From NCBI GenBank assembly GCA_033854175.1, contig JAWOKN010000018.1, forward strand, positions 22,039-86,038: a stretch of 64,000 bases of DNA. Reading direction: 5' to 3'. Under the pieces are notes generated by a model. It did not search any database. It saw nothing but the letters and a program-made list of their open reading frames with translations, and was not told the origin of the DNA. Made by a program: the position numbers and the translations under genes. Below, in pieces: positions 29,389 to 40,131 of the stretch. Within the stretch, counting starts at the first letter, position 1. Every line of letters starts with the position of its first letter. Origin of the DNA: Bacteroidota bacterium. GTDB taxonomy: Bacteria; Bacteroidota; Ignavibacteria; UBA10030; SZUA-254.

Positions 29389-29799
29389 TCAACTCTGTGG
29401 TAAGGTCTTACCCCCTTTGTTTGACATATAGAGATAAATGGAGACGACGGCCAGCGCACAACCTATCGTATCTGCCGTGGCATCCCAAACGTCAGCTGTC
29501 CGGCCCGGCACGTACCGCTGATGGAATTCATCCACTACACCGTAGATCGAGACGGTCAAAAGCGTGAACAGACCCCTCGACCATGAAAATCTCCCCTTGA
29601 CCCAGAAGAGTGAGAATGCACGGTAGATACATAATCCAAAGATGTAGAAAATCGTGATGTGGATGAGCTTATCATATTGAAAAATCGACATGTCCGGGAA
29701 ATCATCCGACGGAATGGATGAACCGATAAAAATAACAATTGCCCACACAATTGCAGGCAACTGGTCCCTGAAGAAAGAACCCTTCAGAGTGTCGCTCAT
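29389..29799 (-). CDS. VanZ-like family membrane protein
   Basis: ~136 aa, four hydrophobic segments, VanZ signature (DKLIH..., VVDEFHQRYVPGRTADVWDATADTIG). The start was moved to the internal ATG that forms an ATGA overlap with the nnr stop; the longer track ORF would overlap nnr by 160 nt. Confidence 0.65.
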   Translation of the reverse strand: MSDTLKGSFFRDQLPAIVWAIVIFIGSSIPSDDFPDMSIFQYDKLIHITIFYIFGLCIYRAFSLFWVKGRFSWSRGLFTLLTVSIYGVVDEFHQRYVPGRTADVWDATADTIGCALAVVSIYLYMSNKGGKTLPQS

Positions 29800-31361
29800 C
29801 CGCTCTGCCTTACAAACCGGAACGCCTCCGGGATATGGGTCAGCATATCCATCGCCATGAGGCTTTTCTCGCCTATTTCCTTCTGTACCATGTCCCCGCT
29901 CAACCCATGCAGGTATACACCGCTGTAGGCAGCCTCCCCAGACCCCATCCCCTGCCCCCATAATCCGGATATGAGACCCGTCAGGACATCTCCCGAGCCT
30001 GCAGTCGCCATGCCGGCATTCCCTGTGGAATTCACGAATATATCTCCCCCGGGGAGGGCTGTGACCGTCGGTGCCCCCTTGAGCACGAGGATCACATTGA
30101 GCTGCCGTGAATATTGCCTTGAAAGGGCGATCCGATCTGCTTCAATTTCTGCCGACGGGATGCCGATGATCCTGGAAAGTTCGCCGGTGTGAGGAGTAAT
30201 GATCAGATTTTTGCTCCTGTGCTTCCTGAAAACCTGTGCGGCATGCTCGAAGGCGTTCAGACCGTCTGCATCCACAAGGAGCGGCTTCGAGACTGTCCTG
30301 ACCATCTGGCGTACCAGTTCAACAGTCTCGGGATGGACCGAGAGACCCGGACCCAGGACGACCACGTCAGCCCAGTCAATGTGCTGATGCATCTGATCGA
30401 GGGCGGTGACACTGAGACTCCCCCCCGAGGTCTCCCATAAGGGGGTGACCATTATTTCCGTGAGCTTCTTCGCCAGTATGGGGTAGACCGATTCTGGCGT
30501 CCCAAGTATGACGGCCCCGGCACCGCCGCGCATCGCGGCCATCGAAGCCATCGCTGCGGCACCGGTCAATCCCCTTGAACCTGCGACGACAAATATCTTG
30601 CCGACGTTGTGCTTGTGCACGTTGAACGGACGCAGGGGCAATGCACGCCTGACATCGTGCGGATGAATGATGTGTGTCGTGACCTTCCGGTTCAGGATCC
30701 CGGGCGGAAAGCCGATATCGGCAATCTCCGTTTTCCCGGTGAAAGCCCTGGCGTCACCCACGACCAGACCGGTTTTTCTGACGCACATGGTCACGGTAAG
30801 ATCGGCCCTTACACCCGCCCCACCGGCCTTGCCGGTGTCGGTGTCCAGACCAGAGGGGGAATCGATCGCAACCTTTATCCCCGGCTGCCGGTTGATCCAC
30901 TGAATAATGCTCCGGTAGGGTTCCCGGACCTCCCCGCTGAATCCGGTGCCGAAAATCGCATCAATGATACAATCATACTTCGGGAGCGAGGTCAGTGATT
31001 TTGGTGACGTATAGGCCTTCAGCCTGCATGTCCCTGGACTGCGGACGGCGAATGATCTGAAAATTTCATAATTCATCCTCGCGTCGTTCTTGTAATTTTT
31101 TGCGCCTGAGCACGTGAGCACGCTCACCGCGGCGCCGCGGAGATGCAGATGCCGTGCGGCCACAAATCCATCCCCTCCGTTATTTCCCTTGCCGCAGACG
31201 ATCAGAAACGACTTCCCATCCACCGGACCGAAATTCCTCTCGATGCTGTCAACCACACCCCGGCCGGCATTTTCCATCAAAAGAGATCCGGGAATCCTGA
31301 GCGTGCGGACCGCCGCCCGGTCACATTCCTGCATTTCACGTGACGAAAGAAGAGGCTCCAT
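29796..31361 (-). CDS. nnr: bifunctional NAD(P)H-hydrate repair enzyme Nnr (YjeF-N epimerase + YjeF-C ADP-dependent dehydratase)
   Basis: 521 aa with both YjeF_N (CGKGNNGGDGFVAARHL) and YjeF_C carbohydrate-kinase-like (GAGAVILGTPES...GSGDVLTG) domains. Confidence 0.9.
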   Translation of the reverse strand: MEPLLSSREMQECDRAAVRTLRIPGSLLMENAGRGVVDSIERNFGPVDGKSFLIVCGKGNNGGDGFVAARHLHLRGAAVSVLTCSGAKNYKNDARMNYEIFRSFAVRSPGTCRLKAYTSPKSLTSLPKYDCIIDAIFGTGFSGEVREPYRSIIQWINRQPGIKVAIDSPSGLDTDTGKAGGAGVRADLTVTMCVRKTGLVVGDARAFTGKTEIADIGFPPGILNRKVTTHIIHPHDVRRALPLRPFNVHKHNVGKIFVVAGSRGLTGAAAMASMAAMRGGAGAVILGTPESVYPILAKKLTEIMVTPLWETSGGSLSVTALDQMHQHIDWADVVVLGPGLSVHPETVELVRQMVRTVSKPLLVDADGLNAFEHAAQVFRKHRSKNLIITPHTGELSRIIGIPSAEIEADRIALSRQYSRQLNVILVLKGAPTVTALPGGDIFVNSTGNAGMATAGSGDVLTGLISGLWGQGMGSGEAAYSGVYLHGLSGDMVQKEIGEKSLMAMDMLTHIPEAFRFVRQSG

Positions 31362-31367
31362 CGGTCG

Positions 31368-32798
31368 CTAGTAGAGATTGGTGAGAAGGGAGAGGATCGA
31401 CGAGGGGTAGATCCCGATCCCGATGACGGCAAGGGCCACGATGCAGAGCACGATGACGCCGGAAGTCGAAAATCCGGCCGCGTATTCCTGCTCGGCATCC
31501 CTGAAGTACATCATCATCACCAGACGCAGATAATAATACAACGAAACGACACTCATCAGGACACCGAGGATGGCCAGCCATGTCAGGTTGGTCTGCACGG
31601 CGGCAAGAAAAACATAGTATTTCCCGAAAAAGCCGGCAAAGGGCGGTATCCCCGCGAGCGAGAACATGAATACCGCCATCAGCGCCGCCAAAAGGGGATG
31701 CCTCGATCCCAGACCCGCATAGTCGTCAAAGGTCAGGTTTTTTTCCTCCTCCCGCTCCAGAAGGGAAAGCACACCAAAGGCGCCGATGTTCATGAATGTG
31801 TAAACGATGAGGTAGAATAAAACGCCGTTTTTCCCCGTCATGTTGAACGCCGCCACACCCGCAAGCATGTATCCGGCATGGGCGATACTCGAATATGCGA
31901 GCATCCTCTTGATGTTGTTCTGTGATATCGCGATCACGTTCCCGACGATCATTGAAGCGGCCGAGAGAAGCGCCAGCACGAATTTTATTTTCTCCGCGGA
32001 AGAAAATTCCGGCCGTAAAAACACAATCACCAACGCCGAGAACGCTGCTGCCTTCGATCCCGTGGCCATAAAACCGCTGGCCGTCGTCGGCGAGCCCTGA
32101 TAGACATCCGGTATCCACATATGAAACGGTACGGCGCCGATCTTGAACGCAATGCCGATCAGAAAGAGACCCGCACCGAGCCAGAAGAACGATGACGTCG
32201 CCAGCGAGGAAAATTCGGCGGAAATGTCGGCGATATTGGTCGTTCCCGACGCCCCGTACAGAAACCCTATCCCGAAGAGCAGGAAGCCCGTTGCGAATGC
32301 ACCGAGGAGAAAATATTTGAGCGAGGACTCGTTCGATACAGCCCGGCGCCGGAAGAAACCCGCAAGGACATAGAGACAGATCGACATCAGCTCCAATCCG
32401 AGGAAAATCATGATCAGATCGGCCGCAGTCGCCATCAGCATCATCCCCAGCGTCGAAAAAAGGATCAGAAGGTAATATTCACCAAATATCGACTCCTCCT
32501 TCCGGAGATAATCCCTCGACAACATCACCGTCAGCAGCCCGGCAAGCGAAAAGAGGGCGGAAAAGAGACTCCCGATCCCCCCGACGCTTACCATACGGTT
32601 GAACACCACACCCGTGAGATCCAGAGATGAAAGGGATAAAAGGATTGTGAAAAATAGTCCGAATACGGTCAGCCAGTAACTTATCGCTTCACGCCGTTTC
32701 AGCAAGGCATCGGCGACAAGGACTGCAAGCGCAATGATGGTGAGAAAACTGATGGGGGCTATGACGATGATGTCAGAATAGTTCACTGGAATACCCAT
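31368..32798 (-). CDS. nuoN: NADH-quinone oxidoreductase subunit N
   Basis: 476 aa, ~14 TM helices, antiporter-like Nuo subunit. Assigned as N because it is the most distal and shortest of the three antiporter-like subunits, after L (660 aa) and M (520 aa). Confidence 0.8.
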   Translation of the reverse strand: MGIPVNYSDIIVIAPISFLTIIALAVLVADALLKRREAISYWLTVFGLFFTILLSLSSLDLTGVVFNRMVSVGGIGSLFSALFSLAGLLTVMLSRDYLRKEESIFGEYYLLILFSTLGMMLMATAADLIMIFLGLELMSICLYVLAGFFRRRAVSNESSLKYFLLGAFATGFLLFGIGFLYGASGTTNIADISAEFSSLATSSFFWLGAGLFLIGIAFKIGAVPFHMWIPDVYQGSPTTASGFMATGSKAAAFSALVIVFLRPEFSSAEKIKFVLALLSAASMIVGNVIAISQNNIKRMLAYSSIAHAGYMLAGVAAFNMTGKNGVLFYLIVYTFMNIGAFGVLSLLEREEEKNLTFDDYAGLGSRHPLLAALMAVFMFSLAGIPPFAGFFGKYYVFLAAVQTNLTWLAILGVLMSVVSLYYYLRLVMMMYFRDAEQEYAAGFSTSGVIVLCIVALAVIGIGIYPSSILSLLTNLY

Positions 32799-32964
32799 TA
32801 TTCGGATTATCAGGAGACCAAATTAGCAATATTTATGACTATTTACAAAATCATCCCCGAACCCGCCAGATGCCGCCATTGGTCCGATGCGCGATGCCTT
32901 TGCCGTCATTCCCATCGTCATCCACCTGCCGTTTTCCGGCCGCCTTGTTCACCGCGGCCCATCC

Positions 32965-34461
32965 TCAGAACCAGATCAGCCAAATAAGGACGAAGAGCGG
33001 CAGAAGAACCGGGATCGAATAACGCAGTATGTAGGTATGAAATGGGGGTGTCGGTATACCCGAATTTTCCGCAATCGATTTCACGACATAATTCGGGGCA
33101 TTACCGATGTATGTGAATGCCCCGAAAAAAACAGATCCGACCGAGATTGCCCTGATGACCGCTGGATGGTTGGCGATCAGATACCCGGTCCTGATTTTTT
33201 CACCTGATACATTCCCGGTGGCAAGCAGATTGCCGTAATTTCCCGCGAGGAACTCATATGCCGACTTTATCTGCTCCGCGTGTGCTCCCGAAATTGCTCC
33301 CAGTCCCGCCCCTTGAGTTGAGACCAGGTCAAATAACGTTTTGAGTGAATCATGGTCGATATTTAACCCCATCGAGGCTGTAAGGAAATTGAGGTACGTC
33401 GGCGCGTTATCCAGAATACTTGACAATATCCCGCTACCCCAGTAATAACCACCAATCGTCGAAAGGGGAAATGTAATCGCATTCCCCTCTAACCATTCAA
33501 GGACAGGAACGAGGGTAATGAAAATCCCCAGAAATAAAACCGCTATTTCCTTTAAAGGAAAGAAGTTAAATTCATTTCTTTTATAAATTTCCTTATGTGT
33601 TACACGTCTTGATATGATTGCAGATGCCACCATTATCGCTTCACGCAGCAACGGGGGACGATTTATGAAAACTGCCCCTAGGATGATTGCCAGAAATAGT
33701 ATATTATATTTACCAGTTACGGTGATTCTTTCAACCGGATATTTAATAGAATCAGCTGTTCCTCTCTTCTGAAATTTACGGAAACTTAATCTATCCACTA
33801 TGTAAAATAGGATGAGGAGGAGAATAACCGATACGAGCCATATCGGCCACACATTCTGACAAATCCAAAAGAATGGAACTCCAAGCAGATATCCAAGGAA
33901 AAGTGGCGGATCCCCCACTGGTAATAATGCTCCCCCTATATTGCAAACAAGAAAGATGAAAAAAATGATATGAAAATTCCTGTACCGGACATTATTGAGA
34001 CGTAAAAATGGGCGTATCAACACCATGGATGCTCCCATGGTGCCAAACAAATTTGACAATAATGCTCCTGCTCCCAGAAATATTACATTTCTGAAAGGTG
34101 TGGCCGATCCCCTGGCCTCCAGATGTATCCCCCCCGAAACAACATAGAGAGATCCGATGAGGGTGATAAAGCTGAAAAATTGATAGAATGTTTCGCCCAG
34201 ACGACCCGGATTATGCGATATAAATAGGCAATAAAGGGCCGTAACTGCCCCCAGAGGCAAAGATACCAGGGGATAGTACTTCTCCCACCATTTTTTTGAG
34301 ATGAACGGAATTACGGCGATTGAGAGGAGTAATAACGCAAACGGTATCATAGGAACCGCATCCAGCCAAGACGCACGAACGATCCCTCCCGCATCTGGCC
34401 TGTCTGTCGTTAATAAACCGGCGAGAAGAAAAAGATGATGTCCCGGCCGTAGGAACGTCAT
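32965..34461 (-). CDS. NhaD/ArsB-family (IT superfamily) ion transporter, putative Na+/H+ antiporter, embedded in the nuo module
   Basis: 498 aa polytopic membrane protein with the two-repeat architecture and length of NhaD-type antiporters. It lies between nuoM (4-nt overlap) and nuoN. Confidence 0.6.
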   Translation of the reverse strand: MTFLRPGHHLFLLAGLLTTDRPDAGGIVRASWLDAVPMIPFALLLLSIAVIPFISKKWWEKYYPLVSLPLGAVTALYCLFISHNPGRLGETFYQFFSFITLIGSLYVVSGGIHLEARGSATPFRNVIFLGAGALLSNLFGTMGASMVLIRPFLRLNNVRYRNFHIIFFIFLVCNIGGALLPVGDPPLFLGYLLGVPFFWICQNVWPIWLVSVILLLILFYIVDRLSFRKFQKRGTADSIKYPVERITVTGKYNILFLAIILGAVFINRPPLLREAIMVASAIISRRVTHKEIYKRNEFNFFPLKEIAVLFLGIFITLVPVLEWLEGNAITFPLSTIGGYYWGSGILSSILDNAPTYLNFLTASMGLNIDHDSLKTLFDLVSTQGAGLGAISGAHAEQIKSAYEFLAGNYGNLLATGNVSGEKIRTGYLIANHPAVIRAISVGSVFFGAFTYIGNAPNYVVKSIAENSGIPTPPFHTYILRYSIPVLLPLFVLIWLIWF

Positions 34462-36020
34462 TTGAGATTGTGAGGGGCCGGCGCTGGCAGGTGGTCAGTA
34501 ACGATCTGTTCGGTATGGGATTTTACTGCTGTGATGACCGATTTGGATGTCAGCACGGATTTACCGAGGAACGTCGTCGGATAGACACCGATCCATACAA
34601 TGAAAACAAGTATCGGAACCAGGACGGCAATTTCCCTGGCCGAGAGGTCCGGAAGACTTTTATTTTCCGGATGAGTGATTTCCCCGTAAATCACCCGCTG
34701 GTACATCCAGAGAAGATAAACGGCCGCAAGAATAACCCCGGTCGCCGCGGCAATAACATACCAGTTGGCAAGGACGGTGGAGTGGAACGCTCCGAGAAGG
34801 ATCAGAAATTCCCCCACAAAACCGTTCAGCCCCGGTAAACCGATTGATGAGAGGGTGACGATCATCAGAAAGACAGAATAGAGCGGCATGACCTTCGCGA
34901 TCCCGCCAAAGTCGGATATTAACCGGGTATGCCGCCGGTCGTAGATCATTCCCACCATGAGGAAGAGCGCACCTGTCGATAATCCATGATTGATCATCTG
35001 AATGATCGCACCCTGAATTCCCTCCTCTGTGAATGCGAATATTCCCAGAACAACGAACCCGAGATGGCTGACCGATGAATAGGCGACGAGTTTTTTGATG
35101 TCCGTCTGCACCATCGACACGAGAGCGCCATAGATGATGCCGATGATTGCCAGGGCGGCGATATAGGGCATGCAGGTTACCGATGCCTGCGGAAAAAGCG
35201 GAAGACAGAAACGCAGGAGCCCGTATGTCCCCATTTTCAGAAGGACACCCGCCAGGATCACGCTCCCTGCAGTGGGGGCTTCGACATGCGCATCAGGTAA
35301 CCAGGTGTGAAACGGGAAGAGGGGTATTTTGATTGCAAAACTGAGCGTAAATGCAAGGAACATCCACAACTGGATGGTCTGCGGAATGTTCGGCCCCAGG
35401 GAATACAACACGAGCAGGTCGGTCGTGAATTTCCCCCCAGGTACCGAACCGGCATAGAATCCCAGCCAGAGAATGGCAATCAGCATGAGAAGACTGCCGA
35501 ACATCGTGTAGAGGAAGAATTTTACCGCCGCGTAGATGCGGTTTCCCCCTCCCCAGATGCCGATGATGAAATACATCGGGATCAGCATCGCTTCCCAGAA
35601 GACATAAAAGAGAAATAGGTCGAGAGAGCAAAAGACACCGATCATCCCGGTCTCGAGGAAGAGGATCATGATCGTGTATTCTTTGACCCTGCTTGTGATG
35701 GATTTCCAGGAGGAAAGATATGCTACCGGCGTGAGAAGCGCTGTCAGCAATATCAGCAGAAGCGACATGCCGTCGATGCCGACATGATAGGATATCCCCA
35801 GCGGGGGAATCCAGAGGACATCCTGAACAAATTGCATCCCGCCCTGCTCGGGATTAAAACCCGCGTAGAGACCGAGCGCCAGAAGAAATGTCAGACAACT
35901 CAGAATCATCCCTCCCCACCGGATGATGCCCGCACGTCCCTTGCCGACGAAGAGGAGAAGAAGCGCTCCGACCAGCGGGAGGAATGTCGTTATGGTGAGA
36001 ATATTCACGGGTACGGTCAC
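34458..36020 (-). CDS. nuoM: NADH-quinone oxidoreductase subunit M
   Basis: 520 aa antiporter-like subunit; 4-nt overlap with nuoL. Confidence 0.85.
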   Translation of the reverse strand: MTVPVNILTITTFLPLVGALLLLFVGKGRAGIIRWGGMILSCLTFLLALGLYAGFNPEQGGMQFVQDVLWIPPLGISYHVGIDGMSLLLILLTALLTPVAYLSSWKSITSRVKEYTIMILFLETGMIGVFCSLDLFLFYVFWEAMLIPMYFIIGIWGGGNRIYAAVKFFLYTMFGSLLMLIAILWLGFYAGSVPGGKFTTDLLVLYSLGPNIPQTIQLWMFLAFTLSFAIKIPLFPFHTWLPDAHVEAPTAGSVILAGVLLKMGTYGLLRFCLPLFPQASVTCMPYIAALAIIGIIYGALVSMVQTDIKKLVAYSSVSHLGFVVLGIFAFTEEGIQGAIIQMINHGLSTGALFLMVGMIYDRRHTRLISDFGGIAKVMPLYSVFLMIVTLSSIGLPGLNGFVGEFLILLGAFHSTVLANWYVIAAATGVILAAVYLLWMYQRVIYGEITHPENKSLPDLSAREIAVLVPILVFIVWIGVYPTTFLGKSVLTSKSVITAVKSHTEQIVTDHLPAPAPHNLK

Positions 36021-37999
36021 CTCAAGATCAGGATCCCAAGCACGACGATGACACCGAGAACGAACGCAAAAACATACCCCTGGACGATCCCCATCTGGAT
36101 TTTACGGAGCTGGCCGCTGATGAGGTCGATGAGCCTGGCCGTTCCGTTGACGAGACCATCGATGATGTTGACATCAATCCCCTTCCAGAGTAATTTTTCA
36201 GACCCCCTCACGGTCGGCTCGACGACCGCATAGTCGTACATTTCGTCCACATAGTATTTATTCCAGAGGAGTTTGTACCAGAGGCGGGTGGATTTGGCAA
36301 CAATGTGCTCTTTCCTCGAAAAATAGGAACGCGCAAGGAGTATTCCTGCCACACCGGCCGCGACGGAAAGAAGCATCAGCAGGTATTCCATGCTCCTGCC
36401 GGCTTCGTGCAGAAGCGTCAGATGCGCCGTCGCAGGGGAAAAGACCGGCTCGAGCCATCGTTCGATGGCATTGTTTCCACCCAGAATGGCGGGAATGCCC
36501 GCAAATCCGCCGATGACCGATAGTACCGCGAGGATGATCAGGGGAACTGTCACGACCTTGGGCGATTCATGCGGATGCTTGTCAGCCTCCCACCGGCCCT
36601 CCCCTTCAAAGGTGAGAACGACAAGACGGAACATGTAAAAAGCCGTCATCAGGGCGGTTATCCAGCCGGCAAGCCAGAGAAGAAATGAGCCCTGAGAATA
36701 TGCCAGGAACAGGATTTCATCCTTACTGAAAAATCCCGAAAGCGGAGGTATACCCGAAATCGCCAGCGCTGCGATCAAAAATGTGGCATAGGTTGCAGGC
36801 ATTTTCGGCCTGAGCCCCCCCATGCGGGTGATATCCTGTTCGTTATGCAGCGAATGGATGACCGATCCGGCGCCAAGGAAGAGTAGGGCCTTGAAAAAGG
36901 AATGAGTCATGACGTGAAAAATCCCCGAGGAAAATCCTCCGACGCCAAGACCCAGGAACATATACCCCAGCTGACTGATCGTGGAATAGGCCAGAACCTT
37001 TTTTATGTCATTCTGCACGAGCCCCATCGTCGCGGCAAAGAATGCTGTCGCAACACCGATGACCGCAACGATTTCCATCGTCACCGGCGCCAGGGCGTAC
37101 AGGAGCGAGCAGCGTGCGACCATGTAGACGCCTGCGGTCACCATCGTCGCCGCATGGATCAGCGCGCTCACCGGCGTGGGCCCGGCCATTGCATCCGGAA
37201 GCCAGACGAAGAGCGGAATCTGAGCGGATTTCCCGGTGGCCCCGAGAAACAAAAGCAGGGTAATCCAGAACATCACCCTGTCACCGCTCTGAGTCACCGC
37301 ACCGGCCTTCATAAAAACCTCGCCGAAGTTCAGGCTCCCGTAATGCTGAAAAAGGAGAAACATGGCGATCAGGAATCCGAAATCCCCTATACGGTTGACA
37401 ATAAATGCCTTTTTCGCCGCATCAGAGGTCGTCGCGGTCCCGGGCTTGTATCCGCCGGTGTCGAATTTCCGGTCATGCCAGAATCCGATGAGAAGGTAGG
37501 AGCAGAGTCCGACACCCTCCCATCCGAGAAACATCAGGAGGAAATTATCCGCAAGGACAAGATTCAGCATCATGAAAATGAAGAGATTCATGTAGGAGAA
37601 GAATCTCCAGAATCCCCCGTCACCGTGCATGTACCCGATCGAGTAGATGTGAATCAGGAATCCCACCCCCGTGACGATCAGCGTCATGAGGACCGAGAGC
37701 TGATCGATCTGATAGGCCGCATCGATGGAGAGTGAACCGGCGGATATCCAGTGAAAAAGCGTCACGATGTGCGAACGTTCCTCCGCGGGAGCTTTGACCA
37801 TGTCGAGGAATATCGCCGCCGCCACGAGAAACGATACCCCCACGGCTCCGGCCCCGATATACCCGCTGACTCTCTCCGAACGGATCATCTTTCCGAAGAT
37901 ACCGTTCAGGAGAAATCCGACAAGCGGACCGAGGGTGAGATATGCTCCTAGTGTGTACAAATGTTCTATCCCCGCCGGCATGATACCTGCATTTACCAT
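36017..37999 (-). CDS. nuoL: NADH-quinone oxidoreductase subunit L
   Basis: 660 aa. Antiporter-like core plus a long C-terminal amphipathic helix region, typical of NuoL. Confidence 0.9.
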   Translation of the reverse strand: MVNAGIMPAGIEHLYTLGAYLTLGPLVGFLLNGIFGKMIRSERVSGYIGAGAVGVSFLVAAAIFLDMVKAPAEERSHIVTLFHWISAGSLSIDAAYQIDQLSVLMTLIVTGVGFLIHIYSIGYMHGDGGFWRFFSYMNLFIFMMLNLVLADNFLLMFLGWEGVGLCSYLLIGFWHDRKFDTGGYKPGTATTSDAAKKAFIVNRIGDFGFLIAMFLLFQHYGSLNFGEVFMKAGAVTQSGDRVMFWITLLLFLGATGKSAQIPLFVWLPDAMAGPTPVSALIHAATMVTAGVYMVARCSLLYALAPVTMEIVAVIGVATAFFAATMGLVQNDIKKVLAYSTISQLGYMFLGLGVGGFSSGIFHVMTHSFFKALLFLGAGSVIHSLHNEQDITRMGGLRPKMPATYATFLIAALAISGIPPLSGFFSKDEILFLAYSQGSFLLWLAGWITALMTAFYMFRLVVLTFEGEGRWEADKHPHESPKVVTVPLIILAVLSVIGGFAGIPAILGGNNAIERWLEPVFSPATAHLTLLHEAGRSMEYLLMLLSVAAGVAGILLARSYFSRKEHIVAKSTRLWYKLLWNKYYVDEMYDYAVVEPTVRGSEKLLWKGIDVNIIDGLVNGTARLIDLISGQLRKIQMGIVQGYVFAFVLGVIVVLGILILR

Positions 38000-38301
38000 T
38001 TCATGAGATTGATTTCATCGATATTCACCGTCTGCTTGTTGCGGAACAATGCGATAATAATCGCAAGTCCGATGGCTGCCTCCGCGGCCGCCACCGCCAT
38101 GACGAAGAAGACAAGGATCTGGCCGTTCGTCGTGCCCAAATAGGATGAAAACGCCACAAGCGAAAGATTGGCGGAGTTCAGCATCAGCTCAATGGACATG
38201 AACACAATAATGGCGTTGCGCCGGGTCAGGACACCCAGAACCCCGATGGAAAACAAGACAACGCTCAGAACCAGGTAATATTGTAAGGGAATTTCGTTCA
38301 T
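37993..38301 (-). CDS. nuoK: NADH-quinone oxidoreductase subunit K
   Basis: ~102 aa, three TM helices ([46 protein letters not shown]...). Start moved to the internal ATG 4 nt after the nuoJ stop. Confidence 0.85.
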   Translation of the reverse strand: MNEIPLQYYLVLSVVLFSIGVLGVLTRRNAIIVFMSIELMLNSANLSLVAFSSYLGTTNGQILVFFVMAVAAAEAAIGLAIIIALFRNKQTVNIDEINLMKW

Positions 38302-38305
38302 CCGG

Positions 38306-38842
38306 TCAACGAAACTTTTTCTTCGCAAGAACAATCACGCCAACCATCGCCGCAAGAAGCAGCACGGACGTGACCTCGAAGGGGAAGAGATAATCCCGGT
38401 AGAGGGATTTCCCGATAAATTCCACTGTGCCCATTTCCGCAGCCTGGGCACTGATTTTTTCCTGGAGATATCCCCACCGTATCCCCATCCCGAGAATGAC
38501 CTCGATCATGACAACGATCCCGGCGATAATACCGGCAGTGAGCCGGAGGCCCTTCTTTTCACCGAACGCGCCGACGTCGCCGAGATTCAGGAGCATGATC
38601 ACGAACAGGAAAAGCACCATAATCGCACCCGCATAGACGATCACCTGAATGATCGCGATAAACTGGGCCTTGAGGAATAGATACAGAACCGCAAGTGAAA
38701 AAAAATTGACGATGAGAAATAAAACCGATTTGACGGGGTTCCGGCGGGTAATCATCATGAGCGCCGATGCTACCGCAGCAGCGGCGACAAGAAAAAAGAA
38801 AATCTTCTCAACACTCATGGACGGAATGGCAATTTTAAACAA
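38306..38842 (-). CDS. nuoJ: NADH-quinone oxidoreductase subunit J
   Basis: 178 aa, five TM helices, NuoJ/ND6 family. It is the first gene of the JKLM-(nhaD)-N string; no nuoA-I genes lie upstream. Confidence 0.8.
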   Translation of the reverse strand: MFKIAIPSMSVEKIFFFLVAAAAVASALMMITRRNPVKSVLFLIVNFFSLAVLYLFLKAQFIAIIQVIVYAGAIMVLFLFVIMLLNLGDVGAFGEKKGLRLTAGIIAGIVVMIEVILGMGIRWGYLQEKISAQAAEMGTVEFIGKSLYRDYLFPFEVTSVLLLAAMVGVIVLAKKKFR

Positions 38843-38880
38843 CCTTCGAATGTAACAAATTATTTAAAATATTCAAATTC

Positions 38881-40131
38881 TCAGGATGACCGGATCAGCG
38901 CCACGAGTTCGCCCAGCGACGGCCGTTTCCCGTAGGAGAGGATCGTCGTCCTGAAAATTTTTCCCGCAATCCACATCATCACGACAACGCTTCCCGCCCC
39001 AAGAACCAGTGTGGCGATGATCTCCGACACGGGAGGCATCTGGTTCGGGATCCTCATGATCATGAAGGACGGCGATAGCAGCGGAATGTATGACATGACC
39101 TTTATCAGCGTGGAGTTCGGGTTCTCCGCGACGGAAAATGCGAGCACGATCGGTATGATCAGGATCATGACGAGATAACTCGTGATCTGCTGCGCTTCCT
39201 GCTCCGTCGATACCGGCGAACCGAGTGCAACAAATATCGCAGCATACAGGAGGTATCCCAGGATGAGATAGCATAAGATCAGCACCATCGCCGGCACCGG
39301 GAGCATCGGAATGGAAAATTTCACGGTCACCACGATCCCGATGACCACCCAGAACAACAGCTGGGTGATGCCCAAACCGCTGAGTCCGATGATTTTACCG
39401 GCCATCAGATCGCCTGCCGAACAGGATGACATCAGTACTTCAACCACCCGGTTCGACTTTTCCTCAAGCATGCTTCGGACGAGCATCTGCCCGGAAGTCA
39501 TGATGAGAATGAACATCATCATCATGAAGATGTACGCCGTAAAAAACACCTGCCCGAACCCCGACTCTTCCTCCTGCCCGGACTTCGTCAGCTTGATGGT
39601 CTTCAACTCCAGAGGCCTGGTCAGATCCCCCACCCTGACCGGATCAAGCCCCTGCTCCTTCAGCTTCTCCGACACGATCAGCTCCCGCAATGCCGACCGG
39701 AGCGATTCCGTCACCCTGATATTGCCGACATTCTTTGATCGGTAATTCACCACAGTGTCACGGAGATAATCCTTGCGGATGATCAGATACCCCTCCAGTG
39801 ACTCCGCAACCGTGAGCGAATCGGCGAGATGTTTCGCCGCCGTGACATCGCCGCCCGTACCGGGTGGAAATGACCGCAGGAGATAATTCGGCTGCCCGTT
39901 GGGGAGCCTGTACCGCTGCTCAAGGAGACGGGCCAGCGGTTGGACAACCTGACCGGAGAGGTCGATGATACCGATAGTCTTGCTCTCGGTGTCCGCCCGT
40001 GAGGCCAGGAGCGCCGGAATGACACTTGCGGCAATCATGATCGCCGGGGTGAGGAAAAGGGAGATGAGGAATGCCTTCGATTTGATCTTCTCGGTGTACT
40101 CCCACCGTGCAACCGCAACTGTTTTTTTCAT
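38881..40131 (-). CDS. ABC-2 family transporter permease
   Basis: 416 aa. N-terminal TM helix, large extracytoplasmic loop, then 5 TM helices (NatB/YhaP-like topology). 4-nt overlap with the upstream ATPase gene. Confidence 0.7.
   Translation of the reverse strand: MKKTVAVARWEYTEKIKSKAFLISLFLTPAIMIAASVIPALLASRADTESKTIGIIDLSGQVVQPLARLLEQRYRLPNGQPNYLLRSFPPGTGGDVTAAKHLADSLTVAESLEGYLIIRKDYLRDTVVNYRSKNVGNIRVTESLRSALRELIVSEKLKEQGLDPVRVGDLTRPLELKTIKLTKSGQEEESGFGQVFFTAYIFMMMMFILIMTSGQMLVRSMLEEKSNRVVEVLMSSCSAGDLMAGKIIGLSGLGITQLLFWVVIGIVVTVKFSIPMLPVPAMVLILCYLILGYLLYAAIFVALGSPVSTEQEAQQITSYLVMILIIPIVLAFSVAENPNSTLIKVMSYIPLLSPSFMIMRIPNQMPPVSEIIATLVLGAGSVVVMMWIAGKIFRTTILSYGKRPSLGELVALIRSS

Noticed and set aside
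32799-32964. 27-aa ORF in the nhaD-nuoN gap
   Set aside because: It is too short, has no SD or conservation signal, and 166 nt is too small for the PCD gene found at the analogous R. marinus position.
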